A stretch of 64,000 bases of DNA from Lama guanicoe (taxonomy: Eukaryota): contig MU056050.1 of the NCBI GenBank assembly GCA_013239625.1, positions 6,403,715-6,467,714 on the forward strand. Reading direction: 5' to 3'. Shown in pieces: positions 25,846 to 38,182 of the stretch (its first letter is position 1; the number at the start of each line of letters is the position of its first letter). The notes under the pieces were generated by a model. The model was given only the letters and a program-made list of their open reading frames with translations. It was not told where the DNA came from and did not search any database. The position numbers were made by a program, and so were the translations under genes.

Positions 25846-26765
25846 ACCGGAGGACTTAGGTGGGTGCAGGATCAATGGGACCACATGCCTGCAGAGACAT
25901 CAAGGAGGATGAAGGGTGAAGTGGGGCGGGGACGGGAGGAGGCCAGAGAGCAGGAATAGGAGGATGGACCATGGGCTGAGCAAATGAAGGCATCTGGCAG
26001 AGACCATTTGTCTCAGATTTGCGGGAAAGTGACGTGCATGTCAGTGGAGGGAGAAGGAACCTCTAAGTACAGCCAAAGGGAAGGAGCCAGTGGAGAGGTG
26101 AAGACTGCAGATGGTGGAGGTGAAGCGGAAAGTGCAGAGCCAGATCTTGGGACAGGACGAAGGGCATCCTATTTTCTACCTCTGAGCATGATTATAGCAC
26201 ACTGAAGGTTACAAGTGCTTTTATCCATACATTCTTATTCAATCCTCATGTCAATCCAGTGAGGCCAGCAGAGCAAGTTAGAGCATCATCCCCATTTTAC
26301 TGATGAGGAAACAGCTGTAGAGGGGGGATGTCAGCCAGGGCTAGAATTCAGGTATTCCGTCTCAGAGTGTTCCAAGTCTGGGGCTGGTTCCTCACTAGGT
26401 CCCAACACTTTCAGGCTGACTCTCCCTGCAGAAGAGTTGTCCCCATGATTTCCTCTCCCAGCCACTCAGTGCAGCTGGCTCTCCAGACTTTGGCAACATT
26501 TGGAAACTCACTGGGGAGATGGTGGTCTCCCTCTGGAAATTTCTGCCTGCAGCCCCACTCCCTCCCCCATCATGGCCTTAGCCTTTCCCAAGAAAACCTG
26601 GAATACCTTGAGACTCGGGGTGAGTCTCTCCCAGCAGGCAGGGTACCCAAGCCCTAGGACACACACAACTCACCCTGGCCGCAGGACAGGGAGCCAATGA
26701 CAACCAGCCACCTAGAACCGCCTGAGCTACAAGGGTCCTCAAGAGCCCTTCGAGAGCCTCACACT

Positions 26766-26912
26766 TTTATTGTTTTTTGTGTGGGTTTTTTTTTGAGGGG
26801 GGAGGTCATTAGGCTTACTTATTTATTTATTTTTAGAGGAGGTACTGGGGGTTGAACCCAGGACCTTGTGTATGCTAAGCATGCACTCTACCACTTGAGC
26901 TAGACCCTCCCC
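26766..26912 (-). mobile_element. tRNA-derived SINE (camelid Vic-1 type)
   Basis: Reverse complement: GGGGAGGGTCTAGCTCAAGTGGTAGAGTGCATGCTTAGCATACACAAGGTCCTGGGTTCAACCCCCAGTACCTCC plus an (AAAT)n tail, with Pol III A and B boxes. Confidence 0.85.
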
Positions 26913-27052
26913 TGCCAAGCCTCCCTTTTTAGATAAGGAAATTGAGGTACAGGAGAGGGAGGGGTTTAGTCCAAGACCACAGAGCTACTGAGTGGCTGAA
27001 GGGGAGGGCCATTGTTTGAGGGAGACACAATGCTAAAAAAGAAATGACGGTT

Positions 27053-27455
27053 GTTCAGACAGAGAAAGACAAATATGTGATATCACTAATATGTGGAATC
27101 TAAAAAAAAAAGGTACCAATGCTATTTACAAACCAAAAACAGACTCACAGATACAGAAAACAAACTATGGTTACCAAAGGGGAAGGGCAGGGAGGGATAA
27201 ATTAGGGGTTGGGGATGAATAGACACTATGTATTCATATTACTATATATAAAATAGATAAACAACAAGGACCTAGTGTACAGCACAGGGAACTATATTCA
27301 ATTTCTTGTAATAACATATAATGGAAAAGAATACGAAAAGAAAAAATATACATGTATGTATATGTATAACTGAATCACTTTACTGGACACCTGAAACTAT
27401 CTTTGTAAATCAACTACACTTGTATAAAAAATTTAGAAAAAAAATTAAAAAAGAA
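27053..27455 (+). mobile_element. Artiodactyl-type L1 3' end with A-rich tail
   Basis: cagacagagaaagacaaata...atgtggaatctaaaa...aacaaggacctagtgtacagcacagggaactatattcaa...tgtaaatcaactacact plus A-rich tail. Imperfect TSD aaaagaaa(t/g)ga(c/t)ggtt. Confidence 0.85.
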
Positions 27456-27896
27456 AAGAAAGGATGGTTACACAGCTAAGGTGGGAGTTCTAAGCAGAGG
27501 GTCAAGGGGTTGATGCAAGGAGTACTTGAGAAGGCCTGGGAGTGGCATACGGCAGGTGCTTAACAAACGCATTGTAAATAAATGAAAGTGATTCTTGCTG
27601 CAGGGGGAGGGGGAGGACCAGGCCACAGGGGTATCAGACTCAGCCCTGCTCTGAGGCCTGCTGGCTCCAAATCAGTATGACTGGAGTAGCCTGGCTGGGC
27701 TTTCTTCCCAGGGGACACAACTGGAACCAGAAACTCGGGTGGGGACAATAGGGGAGGTTTAGAGGGAGGGAAGCCCTACCCTTAATCAGGATGAAGATCT
27801 CCCCTCCTTGCTTTCCTCTTCAATTTTTTTAAATCTCATTTGAGTCAATTTCTTTAAAAAAAATTTTTTTATTGAAATATAGTTGATTTCTTGCAC

Positions 27897-28025
27897 TTTT
27901 TGTTTGTGTTGGGGGGAGATAGATTTGCTTATTTATTTATTTATTTATTAATGTCGAGATACTGGGGCTTGAACCCAGGACCTCATGCATGCACACACTC
28001 TACACTGAGCTACACCCCGCCCCCC
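27897..28025 (-). mobile_element. tRNA-derived SINE (Vic-1 type), diverged
   Basis: atactggggcttgaacccaggacctcatgcatgc...actctacactgagctacacccc with a (TTTA)n tail. Confidence 0.8.
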
Positions 28026-28078
28026 ATTTCGCCTTCAATTTTTATTGAGCACTTACTTGGTGCCAGGTAGTATTAGAA

Positions 28079-28234
<156 letters not shown>

Positions 28235-30656
28235 CAGTGACACACAATATCAACACCTACATTTTACAGATCAGGAAACTGGCCCTGAGAAGTTCAGGAC
28301 TTCGCCCACAGGTCTCACAGCTAGAGGTGGCCATCTGGTTTCAGTGCCTGTGCTCCTAGCCGCCATACCATGCCGCCTTCTGGCCCTAGGGACAGCAGCA
28401 CCCTAAGGAGACTATACTGGGCCAGGGGGTGGGGGGAGAAGTGTGGGAAAGGGAGGAGGAGGGACATAACAGTGCAGTTCATCACTCTCTCTATTCCCTT
28501 AACACTTATTAAGCATCTACTATGTGCCCTTGCAGGAGGCAGAGGCTACTTCAATGGGCCAGAGAGGCCTATCTCTGCAGTTACAGAGCTCCCAGCCTCG
28601 AGAGGCAGAGCGGCTAGCAAAGAGTGACACCACCGTGTGACAGGGGCCAGCAGAGGGGCAGTGAGAGGGCTGCAGGGGCACAGAAGAAGGTCTAAACCTA
28701 GATCTCAGCCTAACCCGGTCTGCTGCACCAGGGAAAGTCTCCCTAGGAATGTGACCCTTTCAGCTGAGATCTTGTTTGATTCTTGCCACAGCCCAGTTTA
28801 CAGAGAGGGCAGCTGAGGCCCAGGGAGGTCAAATGATTCACCTGGGGACACACCATCAGCTGGGACCAAGAGTCAGGGCTTGGACTCCCAGGCTCCCACT
28901 GCAGCCAGAGCAAATGCAGACCAGCTCCAGCTGAGCAAGGGCATTATGCGATGGGAGAGAGGTGTGAGGAAAGCAGGGTTAAAGGGACCATAATCCTACA
29001 GGGGATGGAGTCCAAAGGAAGGAAAGGATCTCGTGGGGAGGCGTGCCACCTGAGAGAGCTCAGTGCCCTTGGAGCCCCAGTGAAGCCCTGGGAAAGCCTC
29101 TGGCCACAGCTCACACACTGGGGCAGTTCCTGGGGGCAGACACAGGAGGGCCACACCCAGCAGGCCACCAACTGGAGTGGGGGGTAACTCCATCTGTGGC
29201 TGCCCCAGACCTTCCACGTGATGGACGTGGTGTTCGACACCTTCCTCCAAATTTCCATGGCAACTAGGAATCACCACGTTCCCCATCCCAGCTCACAAGA
29301 TGTTCTGCCTGTTGGGGCCAGCAGCTGTGTCGTGAAGAATACCGCCTGCCTGTCCTTCCAGACTGGATTTGCTTTCCAGACATCCCTGATTCGGGCAGAG
29401 TTAAATGTGGTTTTAATTGGGGGGGGGTGATTGCTAAGGGGGCTCTAATGCTTCAAATGGATCCACCTGCCACAGCTCAGTGTCATCAGAGTTAGACCAT
29501 GGGTCAGCATTCATCCCAGAATCCCCTACCAGAACTAGTAGGGTGGCATCCCTGCCGAAGAGATGCTCAGCATTTAATAGACCCAATCTTCAGTTAACTC
29601 CTGAAGCTTTTGTTTTCTCATCTGCCAAATGAAGAGAATTATGCCTGTCTAAATAGTTTGTTATAAAGAAGAAATAAGATGACATCTTGCACAGAAAGCA
29701 CGTGCTAGCAAAATGTCTAGCACACAGTAGGTGCTCAGAAATGTCAAATTTAGAAGGTCCATTTTAAACATTTTTCCCTGTCTCCAAAATGGAACCTTCT
29801 CTTCTCCCTCAGATCCTTATTATAACCTCCATTAATGGGTAGAAAGACAGAAGTACCAGCAATCCTCAGGAATTCAAAGAGCTCGAGTTAGAGGTCACCC
29901 AGAAGGTCATAACACACTAGTTTATTGGGAGTGGAACTACCAGCATGAGAGTCCTGGATTTCAGTCCTGGCTATACAAATGATGGGCTGTGGGGCCTTGG
30001 GCAAGTCACCTGCCCTCTCTGGTCCCCAGTTAGTCTCTCCAACTGGACTGGCCCAAGCCAGAGGTTTTTTCAGTTATGTTCCACAGAAGCTTAGGTGCCT
30101 CAGGGGACACTGTGGTTGGGGGAAGGAAAAGACTGAATGAGGGGGCTCAGGGCCCCGCAGTCCTGCTTTGATGGCATTCATATGGGCCACAGCTTTAAAA
30201 GTAGTTTGAAATCTCTGGCCTCACTCCTGGATTTGCTAGGAGATGGCGCCTTGGCTGCTTCCTCAGCTTCAGAGTGTGTGAACTCGGTGGCCTGGGAGTA
30301 GCCACACCAAGAGATGTCTCCAATCCCAAAGGTGTCCCAAACTCCACTTTCTCCCATGCCAACCACCCTGAGCCCTCTTCCCTCCCCAGACCTTCTCCCT
30401 GAATCCCAACTGCCCAAATCCAGGCTTCTTCAGCTAGACACTCCAGACCAGTATGGCAAGGGGGCCTGTGGCAGAGATGGAGCTTCTAAGGGGGAGCAAG
30501 CCCAGGCTGGCTGACTCTTCCCCTTGGGGAGAAATGGCAGGAGCCAAGCCCAAGGACGCTGGGCCAGTGGCCTGCCTCCCAGGGCGTTCCTGCTGAGTAC
30601 GGTGGGTGGGGGCCTAATCTGCATTTGGGACAAAGCCTACCCGGTGCTTGAGTGTT

Positions 30657-31027
30657 GTTGCCATGGAGACTCAGAAAGGTGTTATTAGCATCTTTTCAAC
30701 TCGGTGGCCCTGTGTGGTCCGGTCCTGTGCAATCTTAGCAGTAGCGCACCATCACCCTGGCAACCCATTAGCCTAGTGTTGTTACCATGGAAACCCCAGC
30801 AAGGTCGATCAGCCCAGGAACTTCCCTGAGGAGATGTGCTCTGGGGGATCCGCCCATGGCCGTGCCCACTCCTCAGGCCTCCCAATTGACAGTGACCCAC
30901 TCCATGGGCACAGAAGGTAGTTTAGGATCTTTTCTGGAGCAAACTCAGAGTCAGCGTGACAGGAAAGAATTTGGCCCTGCAGAGGGGCAAATCTATGGCA
31001 AAGCTATGGTTTCGTTACCATGGAAAT
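30657..31027. promoter_or_regulatory. Homotypic cluster of RFX X-box motifs (candidate enhancer)
   Basis: GTTGCCATGGAGAC (30657), ATCACCCTGGCAAC (30751), GTTACCATGGAAAC (30781), GTTACCATGGAAAT (31014). Confidence 0.65.
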
Positions 31028-31599
31028 GCTGCTTTTCAAGGATCTCAAAGCACAATGCAAAACTAACTCTTCCAGGAGATTGAGGCTAGAAGGAACGGAG
31101 GTTATGAGCCAACTTCATTTGTCCACTCATTCATTCATTCATTCAGCAGTTATTGACTATCTATTAATACAATGAGTGCTGCATATGTCCTGGCCTCTCA
31201 CTGTAGGAAGGTCTGCTCACTCACTCCCCAGTTGAAAGAGGAATAATGAGATGGGAGTAACTATTCTACTTCCTGCTTCAATCTCCATTTAAGGAGGAGG
31301 TATTGGCATGCCAAAGGGAATGGGGTCAGAGAGTCTGTGTGTGTTGTGGGGGCAGGGGGTACAGGGAGAATGTTTGCTTTCTGTAGTCTCCTGTTTTTAA
31401 ACTTCACCATTCTTGAGTCTTCAGGGAATTGTTATCTTTGTGTAGTCTGGGTCACCAAAGAGTTGGCCAGACCTGCGGGAAGATTCTAGCAGCCACAGAT
31501 ATGTGAAGTCAAAATAGGCTCCCTTGTGAAGTAATGAGCTCCCCATCATGGGAGGTATGCAAGAAGAGGCAAAACGACTACTCAGTGGAGGATTGTGTA

Positions 31600-31860
31600 G
31601 AGACAGTAGAGCACAATGATTAAGAGCACAGGATCTGGAAACCAATGGCCAGGCTTCAAATCTTGGCCCAAATGACTAGCTATGTGACATTGGGCAATTT
31701 ACTTATTGAGCTTTGGCTTCCTTGTCTCTAAAATGGGGGTGATAAGAGTTTCTGCCTCGTAGGGTTGTTGTGGGGATTAAATGAATATAATATATGTAAA
31801 GCACTTAGAACAGTGTATATAGAGTATATAATAAGAGCTCAATAAATATTAGCTTGTATT
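31600..31860 (+). mobile_element. MIR SINE (representative; many more MIR fragments at ~6.9, 11.7, 14.7, 16.4, 18.8, 26.2, 29.6, 34.8-35.2, 36.7, 50.5, 51.9-52.4 and 52.8 kb)
   Basis: tgtgacattgggcaatttactt...cttccttgtctctaaaatgggggtgataa...gttgttgtggggattaaatga...gtaaagcacttagaacagtg. Confidence 0.85.
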
Positions 31861-34800
31861 ATCTACTGATGCCTCAGCTAAGGTCCCTGTCAACCTCGGG
31901 ATTCTATATGACTGTTGCTTACAAGTCTTCCTGAACACCCTGGGGTGAAAAAGGGATCCTGACAAGGGTGAGGCTGCCCTGCTGGGGCGCTGGCTAAGGG
32001 AAGCGCTCACCCCTTACATGCTTCTAGCAGTGGTTTCCTTCTCAAAGTGCTTTCAGAATCAGTGTCTCAATTGAGCCTCAAGACATCTCAAGAGGTACAA
32101 TCATCAGTCGTGGGTTATAGATAAGGGAGGCGGAGCTCAGAGCAGGAGAGTGACACAGCTACCAAGTGGCAGAACTGGAATGCAAACTTCCCCTCTATCA
32201 CACTGGCCTCCAGGTCCTCAGGGCCAGCCTGTGGGGAGGAGGGCAGTTGGAAGGAGCAAGTCAGGGGGCAGGCAGAGAAGGGGCTCCTGCTGGCAGTAAG
32301 CTGTGGAAAGCAGCTCCCCACTGTTTGCATTTCTTCCAGGAGGAGCTGAGGCCAAAGCCCAGTGAGCAGGAGAGGGTGTTTCCTAGAAATGCTGTGGGTG
32401 TGGCTGGTGTCTCTATCCATGGGCAAAGGACAAGGCTAGGCCTGCTCCTGAGTACTTACTTGAACTTGAACTCTAATTTTCCAGAACCCTCATCCCTTTG
32501 ATCTCACTCAGAAAGCTGGGCCTTTGGGCAAAGTCTAAGGGAGTCATTAGTCTCTGATCTGACACTTCTGTTCTCAATCTTATGGCACAAGTATGTAATC
32601 GATGGCTGATGGCCTGACCAAGGGATTTTGCTTGCTGAGACTAGTGAGGTGGACTAGGGTTTTCATGCCATTTGCAGAGGTGATGAAGAGGGCTGTTTAA
32701 AAAAAAAACTTTCTGTTAGGCTTCAGAATAAGAGTAATACTCTAAATCATGGTCTCAAGAAGCTCCAGGTTAAAATAGGTATATTACTTGGGAGCATAGG
32801 AAATGGACAGGGATGACTGAAAATCTTTAATAACCAGCATGGCATGGGCCAATCAATTGGAATGTTCAAGAACGCCCAGGAAAGCTGCACTAGCACACAC
32901 AGGAAAAAAGCAGCCCAGGATCTGGCCTTGGCAGGTGTGGGGGTGCTTCTCTGGGCCTCTCCCATGAGCACGTGCAGAAATCAGATTTGCTGTTGCCTCC
33001 AGAGGCTAGGAGATTTCCCCCAGTAGCTGCGGAGGACACGGGGGTATACCTGCTGGGCGAAAACTGGTTAAACTGAGGGAAATGCTCTCTGGGACAGCCT
33101 GAGAACCAGCCTAGGAGAGTCTTGTATGGATGTAAACAGAGCCCTGCCTGGACTTCAAAGAGCTGGTTGCTGCCCTTTGAAGCCACAGGCTGGAGAATTT
33201 CACTCTGGCATTCTTGGGTGGCAACTTCTCTCCGTCCTCCACCTGCATACCAGGTGCAAGCAGGTAGCATGCACACCGGCACACTGAGGAGCAGGTGCAC
33301 ATACCTGCCCAGTCAGTGTTCACACACACAGAGCCCACCTGTGCCCATGACCTGTAGACGCACCCGCACGCCCTCTCAAGTCATGGGGTGTACACACTCA
33401 TACTCACAAAATCATGCTCAGACTCAGAGTCCTGCAGCAAAAGCAACTAAAAGAGTCATCGTTGACTAACTCCAACCGATTGCCCCTCCACACACACCTT
33501 GATCTCTGCTCTGTCTCACACTTGTGGAACAGGACGGCTGAGGTGACCTCAGGGGCGCTCCTTCAATGGCCGGTGAGAAGTCCCTGACATTCCCAAGCTC
33601 AGCCAGCAGGGGGCAGCCTCCCACGCCACACTGAATTTCGCCCAAAGACTAAGGGGCGTGGAGGAGAAAGGGAGGCGGAGCGCAAGGAAAGTGGAACATC
33701 TGAGAAGCTTGCAAAGTGTCCAGCCAGCCGGCAAGCAGTCCCAGGTGCACCCAGTCCCCCAGTTCTGTGGGTGTGGGGCCTCAGCCCCTCCCGTGCAGCT
33801 GATGAAATCGATAGAGCATTGGCCAAGTTATCAGGAGAGGATGTTTTAATTACCACAGCAGGGCCCTGCTTTCACTCTGCCCAGCCCAGAGTGTGGAAGG
33901 GAATCAGCCAGCCCACAGGATTTAAGTGCAAGCTCTCATTTTGCAAGTCACAACCCCTCCCCGGACCCACTTCCTGTCTGGGAAATGGGTTTAAGAATAA
34001 ATCACATACCCTCACTCCCTCCTTGGTGTTGGGACTCAAGCTGTGTGCTCCCTCTGCTAGGACTTCCCTTCGGCTTTACCTCTAGTCACCCTAAAGTCCC
34101 CTGCCACACACTTGTCCTCAAGGAAGCTTCTCTGACTCCCCTCCCCAGCTGGATCCTGCATTGTTTGTGGGTCCTGCACTTGTCCCAGGAGCGCTGACCA
34201 CAGTCCTGGTCAGACATGCTATTGTGACTTTTGAATAACATCGGATCTCCCTCACCAGGTCATGAGGAATGCGGCACCCAGTAGTCGCTCAATGAGCATT
34301 TGTCCAGTGTTGAGAAATGAATTTCGATGGCACTTTGCAGATGACAAAGCACTTTCACATGCAAACTGGGCATCAGTGGAGGAGGGCATTGTTCACACCT
34401 GCCTCACACTCTTTAGTGGACCAAACCTCAACTTCAGAAATGTCACTTGAGTCTCATTACAAGCCTGTGAGAAAGCTGGGGATTAGTCTTTCCATTTTAG
34501 AAACAATAAAACAGGCTCAGAAAGGTGAAGTGTGACCCAGACTTACTACTTGGAGGAGCCAGAATTTTTAAGCCTCTAGATCCCGTGCTGGGAGGTACAA
34601 TCATTAGATTCCCCCATCAGTCATCGGTTTGGGCATTGTCACCTCCATTGTGGTGAAGGCCATGCTGGGTCTGGCAAGAAAGTGTATGTTTCGCAGGGAA
34701 ATGCAAGGGCTTTGATGGGGAAACGAACCCTGGTTCCTATCTGGGCATCACCTGCCTGTGACCTTCAGGGCTTGGGGAGCATCCTGTAAGCAGAGCCCTA

Positions 34801-35373
34801 GCAGCTAACCTGAACTGAGGACAGAAGCGGCTTTGAGGCTTCATTCGCCAATTAGCAGCTCGATGACCTTGAATAAGCCACTTGACCTCCCTGAGCCTGT
34901 TTCCCCATCGATAAATTGGGGATAATGATGGCTGTACTGTCCACCTCTCAGGGTTAGAGTGAAGCTTAGTAGAGATAATATGAGCTCCCACTAGGAAGCG
35001 CATCTCATGAGCCAGGCACTGTGCCCAACACTTGACCTGCATCATCACATCCAATCCAGACCCCAGCTCTGAGAAGTAGGCAGAGTATACTGCCTGATGC
35101 AGAAACAGGGCTCATTGAGATCAAGACACTGGCTTTTCATTCTCACAAAGAAGTAAACAGTGGTGCCGGGATTTGAATCCTGATCTGACTCCAAACTTCC
35201 GCTTCCACTGAAAGCCCGATTATCATCAGATAACAAGGCACAGAGGCCAGCTCCTAACCAGTGCACTCAGTTCCCTTAATTCTAGACCTTGCTGCAGAAT
35301 GGAAGTCTTCCTGTCAGGCCCCAGGCAAGGGTTCAAGGGCTGAGTTGAAGGCCTTGCTGATGCTTCACGTGAG

Positions 35374-35557
35374 ACAGGGTTTGGCAAACTGTAGCCCACC
35401 ACCTGTCTTTACAAATAAGGTTGTCAAAACAAGCCACGCCGATTCATTTACATTTTGTCTCTGGCCACTTTTGCCTGACAATGGCTGACTTGAGCAGTTG
35501 GGACAGAGACCTCACGGCCTGCCAAGTCAATTGACAGAAAAAGCTTGCTGACCTCTG
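35374..35557 (+). mobile_element. MER58A-like DNA transposon (internally deleted)
   Basis: cagggtttggcaaactgtagccc...aaataaggtt...agccacgccgattcatttacatt...gacagagacc...gcttgctgacctctg. Confidence 0.75.
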
Positions 35558-36856
35558 ATTTGAAACAGTCTAGGAAATGTCCTAGATGCAGCTCTGGCCT
35601 TTGACTGCAGTGCAAGGCAGTAGTAGCCAGAGGAGGCCGTCTCTGAGCACTGGCCAGGGTGTAGGGAAAACTGGGTTTTCAAAAGAGCCCTTCCATGTGA
35701 GGGGTTCCAGGGAACAGAGTCAGCAGGCCCTTGCAGTGCCGGAACGGAAGGTACTAAGTCTTCTCTGCCATTCCCTTTGGCAGTCAGCTGACACAGGCTC
35801 ACTCCAGTCAGAAATTTGGGGTTGAGAAATTCCAGTTGAATAACCACTAGGCCTGAAAAATAAAATTGTATAAGCACCTCAGAACGGCTGTTTGGGCCAG
35901 GCAGCAGAGGAGCCCAGCCCTGGGGCAGGGGGTACCAAGTCAGCCAGGGCTTGTGGGAGAATCCCAAATGTTAGGCTTCAAAGTGGCTGTTGACTGTGGC
36001 TCATTTTATACCATACCTGGGGTCCTGAAAAGCTTTGCGTGGTCTGAGTCTGTTTGCCTCCCAAATCCCTGTCATTTCAGGGGCAGCCTGATTTCTGGGT
36101 GGATTTGAAGCCCTGTTATTTTTCAGGTTCTCTGCCCACCCCCAACCACCCCAACCTCTTCGTCCAGAAACAATTGGTGAACAAAAAGTCAATTCCTTTT
36201 TCTTTTTTTCTTCTGCATTTTCAAAACCAACCCCGTACGTTGATTCGATTGTATTTATTTGGTCAAGTCAAGATATCTCCAAAGGGTGGTAGCCTATATG
36301 TCCCGCCTTCTTTTGGTTTGATGTCTAATATATCTTCTCAGAAAAGCCACTGGCTTCCCTCCCCCTCATCCTCTGCCCCAAGGAGGTCAGACTTGCAGCC
36401 ACCCACTAGCATTCAGTGATGACATAAGCCTGGAGGACCCTGGTGGCTACTCCCCTTGTCTCCACCCCGGCTGTCCACCATCCTCCTGCCAACTCAACCA
36501 AATGCAACTGGGTCTTCTGGGGCCAGTGCTAGTTGGTCAGCCTGCACTGGCCTGTCTCTCATCCCACCAGCCCACACCACGCCGTCTATTTCCATCATGC
36601 TTACTGAGAACACCGCATTTTGTACTTAAGTCTTCTCTCTAATTAGGGGAACTTCTGTAGTACTATAGAAAGAGCTTACATTCTAGAATTTGAAGTCCAG
36701 ATTCTAGATTCTTCACTCCCTGGCTGTGAGACTTTGGACAAGTTGCTTCACCTCTCTTAGCCTGTTTTCTCATTTGTAAAATTGGGATGGTGGTCTGTGT
36801 TGTCCAGTTGTCAGGAGAATAAAATGAATTGACTTTAAAGAAAAGGGCTCTGTAGC

Positions 36857-36989
36857 AGGGAGGGTATAGCTCAGTGGCAGAGTGCATGCCTAGCATGTAC
36901 AAGGTCCTGGGTTCAATCCCTAGTACCTCCATTAAGTAAATAAATACACAAATAACCTAATTACCTCCCCCCAAGAAATAAAAAATTTT
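36857..36989 (+). mobile_element. tRNA-derived SINE (Vic-1 type) inserted in a MIR
   Basis: GGGAGGGTATAGCTCAGTGGCAGAGTGCATGCCTAGCATGTACAAGGTCCTGGGTTCAATCCCTAGTACCTCC plus tail. TSD-like aaaa(g)ggctctg at 36841-36852 and 36990-37000. Confidence 0.88.
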
Positions 36990-37714
36990 AAAAGGCTCTG
37001 CAAACTGTTGAAGGGCTACACACCGATGGGTCAGTATTAAGTTGTCCTGCCCTGCCACCACCCCTTTCTCTTTGGTTTCATGTGAAATTAGAACTTTGGG
37101 GTGATTAAGGCGGTAACAGACCAATCAGCATAAAGCCAGCTCATCCCAAAACTCCTTGCCTAAAACCAGTTTGTCTTAAAGTCAAAGTAGTAATTTTGAA
37201 AGACGGCATTTTGTACCAATTTTCCTCAGAGGCATTTCCAACATAATGTATTTTTAAATCACTATGTCACAATCTGTAACATTTTGTCAATGATGAGATT
37301 GTTTTGTGTGCTTGTGGGTGGCATCTTCTATTTTATCTTTCATTGAGCGGTTTTATGACTTTTTAGCAAGTGTCTGAAGACCCTTGTTCAAATTGTATAT
37401 TTCTAGAACTAAATACTTGTCAGATCTGTAGAATTTCCCACAAGATTTATCAAATGCACCTTTTGGATGACTCCTATCTCCTCACTGGGTTTTACTCTGG
37501 ATTGTGTATGCTGGTGTGCACCTAATGAGTTGATTAACCAAATTAGCATGTACCCAATGTTCTCCAGGATATTGGCATTTTGACAACAAGCATGAAGAAG
37601 TGAGACAGATGGGGCAGAACTGCATCGAACTCCTTGCATTTTATTTCTCAGGCTATCAAGCAACTCTACTTTGTGAAATAGAAAATGATACATACAAAGT
37701 CATTACCAAATGTA

Positions 37715-37720
37715 TTTATT
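37715..37720 (-). terminator. Distal polyadenylation signal of APLN
   Basis: AATAAA followed by TACATTTGGTAATGACTTTGTATGTATCATTTTC (U/GU-rich downstream element). Confidence 0.75.
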
Positions 37721-38176
37721 GCAGGAAACATAACATTTCTCAAGAAAGGCAAACTGGCTAAAAAGTCCCGAGACTGTTCAAAAGTAGATAAAAATAGAAG
37801 ACACGCGCCAAGGATACAAAACAATTTTTTAGTAGAAATCCCTTCTTTAGTCAGAATATTCTTAAATAAATTGCTTTTTAAAAATCCTTTAAATGACAGT
37901 GCAAAAGAAAAAAATCAGGACACTCAAACAGATGCCAAAACACCTAAAAGTGGACTGCATTTTTGTGAACTGGTCGTTAAGCATAGAGATTCCTTTTGTG
38001 AGTTTGTGGCAAATTAGTCTGAAGCCATTTGACCTGGAACTGATTTCAGATGCAGGCACTTTTCTCGCTGCACGTGAAGTTTATGGGCGGGGAGATGACC
38101 ATGGACGTCAGGGGAAAGGAGCGCCCCTCCTGAGCCTGACCTCCAAGAGTAAGGGCGAATTGTCAGCCTTTCACTC

Positions 38177-38182
38177 TTTATT
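38177..38182 (-). terminator. Candidate proximal polyadenylation signal of APLN
   Basis: AATAAA preceded on the mRNA by UGUA motifs (38199-38196, 38215-38212). Confidence 0.5.

Noticed and set aside
34830..35200. Adjacent oppositely oriented MIRs as a dsRNA/hairpin source
   Set aside because: Copies look too diverged to pair extensively and lie outside the APLN transcript.
36857..36930. tRNA-like sequence with A and B boxes
   Set aside because: Followed by a SINE tail and TSD and present in three diverged copies, so a SINE rather than a functional tRNA.
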